Of a DNA stretch of 64,000 bases, positions 11,130-21,543 are shown piece by piece. The stretch is from positions 109,372 to 173,371 of the forward strand of contig CAVVYZ010000030.1 of the NCBI GenBank assembly GCA_963752595.1, read 5' to 3'. Origin of the DNA: an uncultured delta proteobacterium. GTDB lineage: Bacteria > Desulfobacterota > Desulfomonilia > UBA1062. Under the pieces are notes generated by a model, which saw only the letters and a list, made by a program, of their open reading frames with translations, was not told the DNA's origin and did no database searches. Each line of letters opens with the position of its first letter. Position 1 is the stretch's first letter. The position numbers and the translations under genes were made by a program.

Positions 11130-12716
11130 ATGGAGGAGGTTGTTTTGGAGAACAGTAAAGCTTTAATAGCAGTTGTTGGTGCCGGATACTGGGGGAAAAA
11201 TCTCGTAAGGAACTATGCCGAATTGGGAGTGTTGGGCGCTGTCTGTGACAGCAATCAGCAAACGCTTAATTCTTTCAATAAAGCATATCCCGAGATTAAA
11301 TGCTTCACGAATTTCCAGGAACTTCTTTCCAATCAAAATATTAAGGCAGTCTCAATCGCAGCCCCGGCCGAAATGCATTTTTCATTAGCGCGAGAGGCCC
11401 TTCTCTCTGGAAAGGATGTGTTTGTTGAAAAGCCGTTGGCATTGAGCCTCTCTGATGCCCATGAACTGAAAGAGATCGCTGAAAAGAATAACAGAGTCCT
11501 TATGGTGGGACATCTTCTTCAATATCATTCGGCTTTTATCAAGCTGAAAGAGATCATACACAATGGAGATCTGGGTAGGATTCATTATATCTATTCAAAC
11601 CGCCTCAGTTTTGGAAAGATCAGGAGGGAGGAGGATATCCTCTGGAGCTTTGCCCCTCACGACATTTCCATGATTCTCTCATTGGCTCAGGAGGAACCGG
11701 AGTATGTTATGGCAACCGGTGGAAACTACCTCCACAAGAAGATCGCAGATGTTACCACAACCCATCTGGAGTTTCCCAGTGGATTGAAGGCACATGTCTT
11801 TGTTTCCTGGCTGCATCCTTTTAAAGAGCAGATGCTCGTTGTAGTAGGAGACAAGAATATGGCGGTATTCAGGGACACTGCATCCTGGGGAGAAAAGCTA
11901 CTTCTCTACCCGCACAATATTTCATGGCATGATGGAATCCCCGAGCCGGAAAAAGGTGATGCCAAAAGCGTGGAGGTCGAAAAGAGCGAGCCGCTTAAAG
12001 CTGAATGCGCACATTTCATCGAGTGTATTACTTCAAGGAAGAAGCCTGTTACCGACGCTCAGGAAGGAATTGAAGTGCTTAGAATTCTCAAAGCGAGCCA
12101 GGATTCTCTCCTCAACAATGGAAAGAAAATATCTCTGAAGGAAATGCTCAAGAAGAAGGACACTTTTTTTGCCCATGAGACGTGTTGCATCGATGATGGG
12201 GTTGCCATCGGAACAGGGACAAAAGTTTGGCATTTCAGCCACATACTCAAAGGATCCAGCATAGGGAAAAACTGCAGTATAGGGCAGAACGTGGTGATCG
12301 GTCCTGATGCAAAGATCGCAAACGGTTGCAAGATCCAGAATAATGTTTCTGTATACAAAGGTGTTACCCTAGAAGATAATGTTTTTTGCGGCCCTTCAAT
12401 GGTCTTTACCAATGTGTTTAATCCTCGGGCACACATCCCGCGCATGGATGAGATGCGGACTACATTGGTAAAGACAGGCGCCACCATCGGAGCGAATGCC
12501 ACCATCGTTTGCGGCTATACCATCGGGGCCTATGCATTTATTGGAGCGGGGGCAGTCATAACCCGGGGCGCTCCCGATTATGCCCTCATGGTGGGCAACC
12601 CTGCCAAACAGATCGGGTGGATGTGTGAATGCGGAAACAGGCTCGATGATGGTTTCAACTGTTCGTATTGCGGAAAAAGGTATGAGCAATCGCAGGAAGG
12701 ATTATCGCCGGTTTAA
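11130..12716 (+). CDS. Fused Gfo/Idh/MocA oxidoreductase (WbpB-like) + hexapeptide N-acetyltransferase (WbpD-like)
   Basis: N-terminal VGAGYWG, VEKP, WSFAPHD; C-terminal [36 protein letters not shown]; real start may be TTG 11145. Confidence 0.9.
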   Translation: MEEVVLENSKALIAVVGAGYWGKNLVRNYAELGVLGAVCDSNQQTLNSFNKAYPEIKCFTNFQELLSNQNIKAVSIAAPAEMHFSLAREALLSGKDVFVEKPLALSLSDAHELKEIAEKNNRVLMVGHLLQYHSAFIKLKEIIHNGDLGRIHYIYSNRLSFGKIRREEDILWSFAPHDISMILSLAQEEPEYVMATGGNYLHKKIADVTTTHLEFPSGLKAHVFVSWLHPFKEQMLVVVGDKNMAVFRDTASWGEKLLLYPHNISWHDGIPEPEKGDAKSVEVEKSEPLKAECAHFIECITSRKKPVTDAQEGIEVLRILKASQDSLLNNGKKISLKEMLKKKDTFFAHETCCIDDGVAIGTGTKVWHFSHILKGSSIGKNCSIGQNVVIGPDAKIANGCKIQNNVSVYKGVTLEDNVFCGPSMVFTNVFNPRAHIPRMDEMRTTLVKTGATIGANATIVCGYTIGAYAFIGAGAVITRGAPDYALMVGNPAKQIGWMCECGNRLDDGFNCSYCGKRYEQSQEGLSPV

Positions 12717-12847
12717 GCCATTGGGCAAATTTTCTATGAGCCTGAACGCTGCAATGCAATCAAGGAGACCCACGATTACATCAGGAGGGAGCTACCGGAG
12801 CGTAGCGGTAAATGCTTTTGGGGGTAATTACGCAAAGGGCTTAGGAG

Positions 12848-13672
12848 GTGGATGTGGAAAAGAATAATCCAAACGAATGCTGTCAAGCTGACGAGATCGA
12901 TCTGTATGACCTGTGGCTTGTATTGAAAAAAAGGAGGATCACGATCCTCCTCATAGCCTTGATATCCTTAAGTGCCGCCTTCGCATACGCAGTACTGGCG
13001 CCGAAGGTCTACCGGATCACCAATACCGTTGTCATTAACCAGATACAGGAGAAGGATGAGGTGGAGCTCATCAACCCGGAAGAGATCATTGCTGTCTTGG
13101 CTGATCTCGATACGCTCCTGAAACACCAGAAGGAAAAGGCGGCGCATCTACTGAACATGCAGGGTAAGGACCTGAATGGAATCAGGAATATCAAGGCCTC
13201 TAGGGGCAAGAACTTGAATGTAGTACGGGTAGATATAGAAACACTCGACAGCAGAGCAGGCATTGCTCTCATGGAAGCATTGCCGGGTTATCTACAGTGG
13301 ATCCCCAATATAGCGGTCAAACTGGACATGCAGAAGGTGCTCATGGAAAAGAACAGGGATGATCTGAAGGCCATCATAGACGATCCAATGAGAGACCTGA
13401 AACTATCCCCTAATACGGTCGTATACGTGCCCTCCATTGACCTGTACACACTACGTGAGAAGTATAATCGTTTGAACATGATGATGGAGAAGATGGAAAA
13501 AGGCCAGATAGTTTTTCTTGTCTGGAAGAATGAGCCGTCTGAGAAGCAATACAAGCCGAAGAGGGTGATGAGTGTCCTGTTAGGTCTGGTTTTGGGAAGC
13601 TTTCTCGGATTCTTTGTCGCTATTTTCCTTGAATGGTCGGGTAATGCCCGACGAGTAAGAGGGTTTAAGTAA
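12848..13672 (+). CDS. wzz: Wzz-like chain-length determinant
   Basis: DEIDLYDLW..LKKRR + TM helix; C-terminal KPKR..LGLVLGSFLG TM. Confidence 0.8.
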   Translation: MDVEKNNPNECCQADEIDLYDLWLVLKKRRITILLIALISLSAAFAYAVLAPKVYRITNTVVINQIQEKDEVELINPEEIIAVLADLDTLLKHQKEKAAHLLNMQGKDLNGIRNIKASRGKNLNVVRVDIETLDSRAGIALMEALPGYLQWIPNIAVKLDMQKVLMEKNRDDLKAIIDDPMRDLKLSPNTVVYVPSIDLYTLREKYNRLNMMMEKMEKGQIVFLVWKNEPSEKQYKPKRVMSVLLGLVLGSFLGFFVAIFLEWSGNARRVRGFK

Positions 13673-13848
13673 ATGCACTTCAGAACGGTTTTCCATTTCT
13701 GATTAAGGGGACTTGCCATGGAAGATTCAATATTAAAATATGTTAAATGATTTTCTGGAATTATGAAAAGATCTAGTTTTATCTCACGATATTAAGAATA
13801 ATCGTAGCAATAAAATGTAACCAAAATAATAGCTAAAAATTCACAACA

Positions 13849-15177
13849 ATGTTGAAAAACTTTTTACAAGCTGGATTTGGCGGTTTTTTTAGCCAAGTAA
13901 TTGTTTTTTTATCGCTACCATTTATTACAAGACTTTATACACCAGCCACCTATGCAACGTGGGCAATCGTTATGGCAACGGCAGGTATTTTAGGCGCGGT
14001 CGCCTGTTTTCGCTATGAGTTAGCGATTGTTACCTCGAATGATGAAAATGATGCCAGTTCAATTTTCTGGGGATGTATTATATCATCCCTGTTAGTCGGC
14101 ATAATAATTTTCGGCAGCTATTTTATCTTTGCGCATCAGAGTTATTTCAATATAGGCAGAATTAAATTCAATCTTCTCCATCATTTTATTTTTATATCTT
14201 TAATGGCGGCATTAATGGGCATTGGCGCCACTTTGCAGTATTGGAACACACGCCATAAATCGTTCTTTCACAACTCCATTGCGCTCGTCGCGTCATCCTG
14301 CATCACAGTTATCATTCAGCTATTATGGGCATTTAAAATTTCACCCTCACCTTATGGTCTTTTACTTGGCAGCATTGGTGGGTTGTTAACAGCGATAATA
14401 TTTCAGTTGTCCGCGATATTTTTAACTAAAACAATCCCCGCATTGAACCTGACAATCATAAGACGCATCTTTGTGTGTTTGAAACAGCAACGGCGGTTTC
14501 TTCAATATTCGACGCCTTATGCGCTGTTTGGTGTTATCAGGGATAGGGCAACCATTCTCGTGATGGAGATGTTCTTACCGATGCAGGCCGTTGGTTTATA
14601 TGCACTTGCCTATCGGGTGATGAATTTTCCTGTGACTCTTGTAAGTAATGCTTTAAGACCGGTTTTTTTCCAGGCCTGTTCATCACAAGGTGTTAAGGCA
14701 ATAGAATCTCAATTGAATAAAATTATGAAATGGCTAGTCGTTCTTGCGATGCCTTGTATGGTTTTCTATTTTTATTTTGCTAACGATCTATTCACGTTAT
14801 TTTTTGGTCCACAGTGGCAAGGGGCAGGGCATATCGGCAAATTTTTGATCTTTCCGGTTGTGACATTTTTATTGGTAAACTGGATGGATCGCATTATGGA
14901 CGTGCTGGGAGAGCAAAAGCTGACCTTACTACTGGAAATAACATTTTCGACACTTTCTATATTTGGGCTATGGTTAGGTTTTTTCTTGCAATTGGGCTTA
15001 ACTGGCGCTTTATTAATTCAATGCAGTGTCCTCGTGTTATATAATATTGTTTACTTGATGATCGCCTATGGAAAAGCTAACTATAATAGAATTAAGCTCT
15101 TTAAACTAATGCCTTCGGCTCTTGTAATATCGGGAATAACAGTTTTTACTTTGGAAATTTTAAAGATGATTTTTTAA
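13849..15177 (+). CDS. wzx: Wzx flippase
   Basis: LPFITRLYTP, RYELAI, VGLYALAYR..P; many TM segments; AT-rich. Confidence 0.85.
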   Translation: MLKNFLQAGFGGFFSQVIVFLSLPFITRLYTPATYATWAIVMATAGILGAVACFRYELAIVTSNDENDASSIFWGCIISSLLVGIIIFGSYFIFAHQSYFNIGRIKFNLLHHFIFISLMAALMGIGATLQYWNTRHKSFFHNSIALVASSCITVIIQLLWAFKISPSPYGLLLGSIGGLLTAIIFQLSAIFLTKTIPALNLTIIRRIFVCLKQQRRFLQYSTPYALFGVIRDRATILVMEMFLPMQAVGLYALAYRVMNFPVTLVSNALRPVFFQACSSQGVKAIESQLNKIMKWLVVLAMPCMVFYFYFANDLFTLFFGPQWQGAGHIGKFLIFPVVTFLLVNWMDRIMDVLGEQKLTLLLEITFSTLSIFGLWLGFFLQLGLTGALLIQCSVLVLYNIVYLMIAYGKANYNRIKLFKLMPSALVISGITVFTLEILKMIF

Positions 15178-15201
15178 GTATTCGATTTAACGAATAACCA
15201 A

Positions 15202-16506
15202 ATGTCACGCAAAAGAATATCTGAAATTGCGGTAAGTTTTGTTGTCGCTCTCGTTATATATGGGTCATTTTATTATATTTATAAAATTTCGATATCCCCT
15301 GCACAGTTATATCAGAACTTCAATTTCAGGGAATTAACATGTGAGGTACATGCGATTGCCATCGGTTTTTTTTTATTACCCCTTTTATGGCTTCCGATTA
15401 AGCCTAAAAGACCATCTGATATGACCATCTGGCTTTTGTATATGTTTTCATATGCGCCAACGACCTTTATGTGCTTTCATATTATGAAAAATCCTTTTCC
15501 AGACGCGATATATTTACTAGCAACCTTGCTCATAGCACTTATTATTGTTGACCTTTTCAGACGTCACCACATCAAATTAATCATTCATTCAGATGTTTCA
15601 ATTAAATTGCCATTGGATAAAATTATTATTATGTTGTTGGTTCTTCTATGTGCATATGTTATCTATCTGATAAGATTTAATTTTAATCTTGATTTCGAAA
15701 ATATTTATGTCAGACGGCTTGCCGTTCAAGAATCTTCTACAATACTTTCTGGATATATTCTTGCCTTTGGCAGATCAGTAATTATGATTTTTTCTGTTTA
15801 TATGGCATTTGTTAAAAAATCAAAAATTGCATTTCTTGCATTGATTATTTTATCAGTAGGCATATTTTCATATGATGGAACGAAAGCTTCTTTGATTGTT
15901 CCCATGTTTTTGGTTTTGATCTATTTTCTGACTATTTATAAGAAAAGCAATGTTATGTTGAATATTATTTTGCTAAGCTTAATTTTATTATCAATTATTG
16001 AATTTGTCCGCCTTGATTCTAATATAATCAGTTCCTTCTTTACTCGAAGGATATTCGCAGTTCCCGGATTTCTAAATACAGCATTCTGGGAATATTATTC
16101 TGCTCATGACAAAGTAATGATGGCTGATTCTATAGGCAGATTTTTTGTTGATTCTTCGAATGTGATGGCTTCTACATTTGTAATCGGATATGAATATCTT
16201 AACAATTCGGAAACCAACGCAAATACAGGTACCTGGATGGGTGGTTATGCGCATTTCGGATTGATTGGTGTGATTTTGATGTCTATGTTGGCTGGCTTTA
16301 TCATCGGTTTGGTTGATAATTTAACCAAAGTAAAATTTGCTATTCTTGGTTATCTGGTTTGTACCTATATTGGAATTCTGTGGTCGGAACAAATGCTCCA
16401 TACTTCCATGTTGACAGGTGGCATTTTTTACATCTTGATATTTTTGTTTATATATTGCAATCCAAACATAATAAACAGCAAAATAAATTATTGCAGCGGC
16501 AATTAA
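15202..16506 (+). CDS. Putative Wzy polymerase; last codons come from a MITE
   Basis: Multi-TM, RRIFAVPG, NANTG..GGYAHFG..G; lies between wzx and sugar-modification genes. Confidence 0.68.
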   Translation: MSRKRISEIAVSFVVALVIYGSFYYIYKISISPAQLYQNFNFRELTCEVHAIAIGFFLLPLLWLPIKPKRPSDMTIWLLYMFSYAPTTFMCFHIMKNPFPDAIYLLATLLIALIIVDLFRRHHIKLIIHSDVSIKLPLDKIIIMLLVLLCAYVIYLIRFNFNLDFENIYVRRLAVQESSTILSGYILAFGRSVIMIFSVYMAFVKKSKIAFLALIILSVGIFSYDGTKASLIVPMFLVLIYFLTIYKKSNVMLNIILLSLILLSIIEFVRLDSNIISSFFTRRIFAVPGFLNTAFWEYYSAHDKVMMADSIGRFFVDSSNVMASTFVIGYEYLNNSETNANTGTWMGGYAHFGLIGVILMSMLAGFIIGLVDNLTKVKFAILGYLVCTYIGILWSEQMLHTSMLTGGIFYILIFLFIYCNPNIINSKINYCSGN

Positions 16507-16791
16507 AGAAATGAACATAAGCCTGGGCAAGAATCGTTTAGGATTCAGATGAATAATTGCCGCTACTATAATTGCGTTCAATATGAAGCGGTCATACTTT
16601 GCGGGGTTAAGGCAGCCTGCACATGCAACGGCTTTCTAGGGACAGGTGTGTCCGGAGCATGGAAATACTACCGGATATGAGAGAATTGGGGATGATTTTG
16701 GCTGGGAATTGAGACCTTTTTCTTGAGAAACTGATGAAAAAATACCAATCACCCCCAGATAAACGCTTCTTGCCGGATTGCGCAAAGGTCT
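16489..16791 (+). repeat. 303-bp direct repeat (MITE + IS5 right end), partner at 25062-25364
   Basis: Visual comparison shows one mismatch (GGATTGCGC vs GGATTACGC). Confidence 0.92.
16491..16568. mobile_element. 78-bp MITE (copy 1)
   Basis: Terminal IRs TTGCAGCGGCAATTA / TAATTGCCGCTACTA (13/15), TA on both sides; identical copy at 25064-25141. Confidence 0.8.
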
Positions 16792-16957
16792 TACATTGGC
16801 ATAATTTAAACGACATCGCTATCAATGTATTTGCGAAAAAGAAGCCGCGGACTTTGTTTGTTCAAACCTCTCAATATATTTGGAATAATAACGAAAGATA
16901 TTATGTTACATGGTACTAGCCTAAACCAATAAAAATAATTATAAGGTAAAATAAAAA

Positions 16958-18118
16958 ATGACATTTCAGAAAACATTAAAAGATGATTATCAGATTTGTA
17001 CACGTTGTGTGATGGATACAACAGACACTGGAATCACCTTTGGTTCAGATGGTGTGTGCAACCACTGCCGTGAATTTGATGAGGTAACAAGCAAATGGTG
17101 GTTTCCAAATGAAGAAGGCGCAAAGCGTCTATCTGTCATTATTGACCGGATTCGTGCGGCCGGGAAAAATCAGACATATGATTGCATCATCGGGTTAAGC
17201 GGCGGGATTGACAGTTCCTATCTTGCGCTAAAAGTCTATGAATGGGGTTTGAGGCCATTGGTAGTACACGTTGACGCGGGATGGAACAGCGAACTAGCTG
17301 TGGCCAATATCGAGAAGGTCATCAAATATTGTGGCTATCATCTGCACACGCATGTAGTGGACTGGGGGGAAATGCGCGATTTACAGCTAGCCTATATGCG
17401 TGCCGGTGTCGCCAATCAAGATGTCCCACAGGATCACGTATTCTTTGCCAGCATGTATCATTTTGCAATCCAACACCGGATTAAATATATATTAACTGGA
17501 GGAAATATTGCAACAGAATGTATCGCCCCAAAATCATGGCATGGTAGCGCAATGGATGCTATTAACCTAAAAGCTATTCATCGAAAGTATGGAGAGAGGG
17601 CTTTGAAAACTTATAACACTATAAGTTTCTTCCAATGCTATATCAGGTATCCCTTTATAAAAAAGATGCGGACTGTGCGTCCACTTAACTATATGCCTTA
17701 CAATAAAGAGGCCGCAATTGATGAAATGCAGCGCTTAGTTGGATGGCGCTCTTATGGTCGCAAGCATGGCGAATCCATATTTACTAAACTTTTCCAGAAC
17801 TACTATCTGCCGGCTAATTTTGGGTATGATAAGCGTCGTCCCCATTTGTCCAGCCTCATAGTTACAGGTCAATTGACGCGTGAAGAGGCGCTGCGCAAAT
17901 TGGAGGAACCACTTTATGATCCCTTGGAGCTTGAACGTGATATCGAATACTTATGCAAAAAATTACAGATAACCAGGAATCAATTTAAAGAGTTCATAAA
18001 TGCGCCTTCACATCATTATACAGACTTTCCAAACTGGGACAGACGCTATCAAACACTCAAAGGCATCCAATCATTAGTTGCTCGTTTGTTGGGTCGCGAG
18101 ATAAGGGTTTATTCTTGA
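16958..18118 (+). CDS. N-acetyl sugar amidotransferase (WbuX/WbpG family)
   Basis: CTRCVMDT..CNHC, YDCIIGLSGGIDSS PP-loop, DVPQDH, KHGESIFT, GYDKRR. Confidence 0.92.
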   Translation: MTFQKTLKDDYQICTRCVMDTTDTGITFGSDGVCNHCREFDEVTSKWWFPNEEGAKRLSVIIDRIRAAGKNQTYDCIIGLSGGIDSSYLALKVYEWGLRPLVVHVDAGWNSELAVANIEKVIKYCGYHLHTHVVDWGEMRDLQLAYMRAGVANQDVPQDHVFFASMYHFAIQHRIKYILTGGNIATECIAPKSWHGSAMDAINLKAIHRKYGERALKTYNTISFFQCYIRYPFIKKMRTVRPLNYMPYNKEAAIDEMQRLVGWRSYGRKHGESIFTKLFQNYYLPANFGYDKRRPHLSSLIVTGQLTREEALRKLEEPLYDPLELERDIEYLCKKLQITRNQFKEFINAPSHHYTDFPNWDRRYQTLKGIQSLVARLLGREIRVYS

Positions 18119-18225
18119 ATTAATGAAAAGCAGGGTATTATTAAATATACACTAGATCAACTTAACAATGTTTCGATCCTAAAAAATATTGGTTCTATGA
18201 CCTATTTATTTGCGATGATAATAAG

Positions 18226-18852
18226 ATGATCTCAATACTAAATTACGGAATGGGCAATCTTGCTTCCGTCCATAATATGTTTAAAAAAGTGGGAGTACCC
18301 AGCAGGGAGATCATGACCGCAGATGCAATTAATACTGCACAGGCACTGGTTATTCCTGGTGTTGGCAAGTTTGATCATGCCATGCGTCAGATCACGTCCA
18401 TGGGGCTGCGGGAAGCTCTAGATCAAGCAGCACTTGTTCGAAAAATTCCTATACTTGGTATTTGCTTGGGTATGCAGCTTATGACACGCAGCAGTGAGGA
18501 AGGACTGTTACCAGGGTTGGGATGGATCAAAGCTGACACCAGACTGATTGATGGCACTAACCAGAATCTGCGCGTACCACACATGGGCTGGAACTTAGTG
18601 AAGATTGAAAAATCCAGTCCCTATTTTGAGGATTATTTTACGGAGCATCGTTTTTATTTTGTGCATTCCTACGCAGTGCAGTGTGATGATCTTGCCGATA
18701 TTCTAACGACCACAGAATATGCGAGTAAATTTGTCTCCTCGTTTTATGTTGATAATTTTGTCGGTGTCCAGTTTCACCCGGAAAAGAGCCATAAGTTCGG
18801 CGCGCATTTTCTTTATCGATTTGCCATGGCACATGGTTTGGGTGCTTCATGA
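18226..18852 (+). CDS. HisH-like glutamine amidotransferase subunit (WbuY/HisH2)
   Basis: YGMGNL, PGVG, GICLGMQL, PHMGWN, FYFVHSY, QFHPEKS. Confidence 0.92.
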   Translation: MISILNYGMGNLASVHNMFKKVGVPSREIMTADAINTAQALVIPGVGKFDHAMRQITSMGLREALDQAALVRKIPILGICLGMQLMTRSSEEGLLPGLGWIKADTRLIDGTNQNLRVPHMGWNLVKIEKSSPYFEDYFTEHRFYFVHSYAVQCDDLADILTTTEYASKFVSSFYVDNFVGVQFHPEKSHKFGAHFLYRFAMAHGLGAS

Positions 18853-18970
18853 TGCCATAAATTATGAGAGAGGTTGTTCTATCCATACTAAATAAGTGCA
18901 TGCAAAAAATGACACAGTGCGCAATATATGCCCATTTATTAGTAACCTTTTTAAAGGCTAGGATTAGAGT

Positions 18971-19741
18971 ATGTTGCTGAAAAATCGTGTCATTCCTTGT
19001 CTTTTACTTAGTAACGGCGGCTTGATTAAAACACGCAAATTTGCCAGCCCTAAGTATATAGGTGATCCTATCAATGCCATCCGCATCTTTAACGAGAAAG
19101 AAGTGGATGAGTTAATGGTGTTGGACATCACTGCCAGCAGGGAGCAGCGCGAGCCCGATTATGACTTCATAGCGCAGTTTGCAGGCGAATGTTTTATGCC
19201 TTTAGCCTATGGGGGTGGCATTAGAACTATAGAACAGGCGAGGCAGGTGTTTGCTCTTGGTGTGGAAAAGATATGTCTGCAGACGGCCGCTTTGGAAGAT
19301 GTTTCGCTAATCAGCTGTTTGGCAGATCAGTTTGGCCAACAGAGCGTGATGGTGTCCGTTGATGTCAAGAAGGATTTGTTGGGTCGCCATAAACTATACT
19401 CCGCTGCAACTGGAAAAACATTGCCGGGTGATTGGGTCACTTATATGATGCAAGCTGTGCAATTCGGTGCAGGTGAAGTTTTGCTGAATGCTGTTGATCG
19501 TGATGGCATAATGCAAGGCATGGACTTGGTGATGATCAGAAGGGCTGCGGAATTGATTGCCGTGCCGTTAATAGCTGTTGGTGGTGTTGGCAGTTTGGCT
19601 GATATCAGGGCCGCTGTTGATGCAGGAGCAAGTGCTGTAGCAGCAGGTGCCTTTTTCGTATTTCATGGCCCCCACCGGGCCGTGCTTATTACATATCCAA
19701 GCTATAATGAGCTTAAAGATACTTTGATACCTGTTTTGTGA
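18971..19741 (+). CDS. HisF-like subunit (WbuZ/HisF2/AglZ family)
   Basis: RVIPCLL, YIGDPINAIRIFNEKEVDEL, C-terminal HRAVLITYP typical of glycan-linked HisF2. Confidence 0.92.
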   Translation: MLLKNRVIPCLLLSNGGLIKTRKFASPKYIGDPINAIRIFNEKEVDELMVLDITASREQREPDYDFIAQFAGECFMPLAYGGGIRTIEQARQVFALGVEKICLQTAALEDVSLISCLADQFGQQSVMVSVDVKKDLLGRHKLYSAATGKTLPGDWVTYMMQAVQFGAGEVLLNAVDRDGIMQGMDLVMIRRAAELIAVPLIAVGGVGSLADIRAAVDAGASAVAAGAFFVFHGPHRAVLITYPSYNELKDTLIPVL

Positions 19742-19851
19742 TGTGACATTCATGACCGCAACACCAGCAAGAAAATAGCCCTTGAGCCTTAGACCTGGTT
19801 TATTTCAGTCAATACTTTTTATAAAAATATTTTAAACAGTAAGGGAAATTG

Positions 19852-20723
19852 GGGTGTGTTTGCAAAGCTCATAACCAGAGGAATATAGCACCGATGACCC
19901 ACATGGAGCGATAACTGTCTGCTCGTTTATCATATCTTGTTGCTATGGAGCGGAATTGTTTGAGCCTGTTGATGAGCCGTTCGATCCGGTTTCTCATCCG
20001 ATAGGCTGCACGGTCGAATGGGCCACCCCGTTTATTATTGCTCTTCCTCGGGATCGTTACATGGATGCCATGTTTCTTAAGATACTCTCTGATCCACTGG
20101 GCGCTATATCCCTTGTCTCCGACGATGCGTTCGGGGCGATTTCTTGGTCTCCCTCCATGGAGCCGATTGATCGACCCATGTTCCATAAGGTCAAGGAAAG
20201 CTGTGGTGTCATGAGCTTCGCCGGGAGTAAGGGCAACCGTTATCGGTTTGCCTTCCCCTTCCGCCCGGAGGTGGACCTTGGTCGAGAACCCACCTCGACT
20301 ACGGCCAAGAGCCTCTTCTCTCTGCCCCCTTTTTTTGCACCCGCTGCATTCTGGTGTGCTCTTACAACCGTGGTATCAACGAAATGGACCTCCCAATCCA
20401 CATTTCCTTCCGAATCCGAGTCGGCCTGCAGCTCAGAGAGTATCCGGTCCCATACCCCGGCATCTCTCCACCTGCGAAAACGACTGTGTATGGTCGACCA
20501 TGACCCGTATCTCTCCGGGATATCCCGCCAGGGCGCCCCGGTCTTTACCTTCCAGAGGATCCCGTTGATGATCTTACGATGGTCTTCCGCGGGCCGTCCT
20601 GTTTCTGGTTTCCGGGCCGGGAGATATCCTTTGAGCTTTTCCCATTGCTTCTCTGTGAGTTCATGCCTTCTGTTCATTCCTATTTTGATGCTGTGGCTTA
20701 GTATTAAGTTTGCACACACACCG
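19852..20723 (-). mobile_element. IS5 family (IS427 group) element with two-ORF transposase
   Basis: ELTEKQW..GAPWRDIPERYGSW..RFRRWRDAGVW; GDKGYS..RNRIERLINRLKQFRSIATRYDK; IRs GGGTGTGTTTGCAAA / TTTGCACACACACCG; A7G slippery run on the minus strand near 20326-20337. Confidence 0.9.
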
Positions 20724-20799
20724 TAGTTGAATGTGGACACTTATTTGTCTAAAAATATCTTATAAATCTGAATTATTGGATCAAGGGATGTAAATATAA

Positions 20800-21536
20800 G
20801 TGAAGTTAAATTCAACATCTGGGATACTCTATGTTCGCGCAAGTCTTAGTCCATTTTCTGAACATATTAAGAGCGCAGGTGGCGTTATCGAGTTTTTCAC
20901 CAATCTTTTTTGTTTGATGAAATTATCGTACCGCATTTTTTTAGAGCGCGGCCATTTTGGCAGCCAGCATCACACTTGCCTAAGGTAACTAATTCCGGCT
21001 CATTAGGTAAAATGGTGGCTAATCATGAGCAAGCTTTTGTCAGTAGACACCCCTCACATAGTTTTGCAGGCATCGGCCCACGCGTGACTAATGTTCTTGA
21101 AATGCATGACTACAATTCATCGTGTTTTTTCCCGATATCAGAACTTGCTGCACGATACGATTTTTCTATGTTGTTGCTAGCATGTGTTAAAGAAAGTCCC
21201 GGATTCTCAACGGTTCATGCTGTTCAATATGAACTTGGCCTTTCTCAAAAACATCTTATCAGGCATTTACTTAGATGGGACATAGATCTGGGTGATAGGA
21301 CTAGAAGTATTAAGGCGCATGAGTCACCCGGTTGTAGCCAGTCATTTGATAAGTTCTACCCTTTTTATGAAAATGATGGAAATCTTATTCGCGGAGAATT
21401 GTTCGGCAAGTCTTATATTTTCATTAAATCGGCTAGGCAGGCAATGAAATCAGAGAGGGAAATTTTAAGAACCAATCCCCGTTTTGTAGATTGCGGTAGC
21501 CTGATCTGCTCTACGTGTAGATTTCGTCTTTACTAA
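20800..21536 (+). CDS. AAC(3)/YokD-family N-acetyltransferase (frameshift near 20905)
   Basis: ILYVRASLS, IIVPHF, SGSLG, SRHPSHSFAGIG, STVH, C-terminal C..C..C. Confidence 0.65.
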
Positions 21537-21543
21537 GGATATC

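Noticed and set aside
12786-12820. JUMPstart/ops element before wzz (GAGCTACCGGAGCGTAGCGGTAAATG)
   Set aside because: Only a partial match to GGCGGTAG with a 5-bp hairpin; too weak to call
18226-19741. hisH/hisF as histidine biosynthesis genes
   Set aside because: They follow a WbuX-type amidotransferase, carry HisF2-type motifs and no other his genes are present
20800-21536. Aminoglycoside resistance gene
   Set aside because: Only family-level motifs are visible, in a glycan-locus context, with no evidence for resistance
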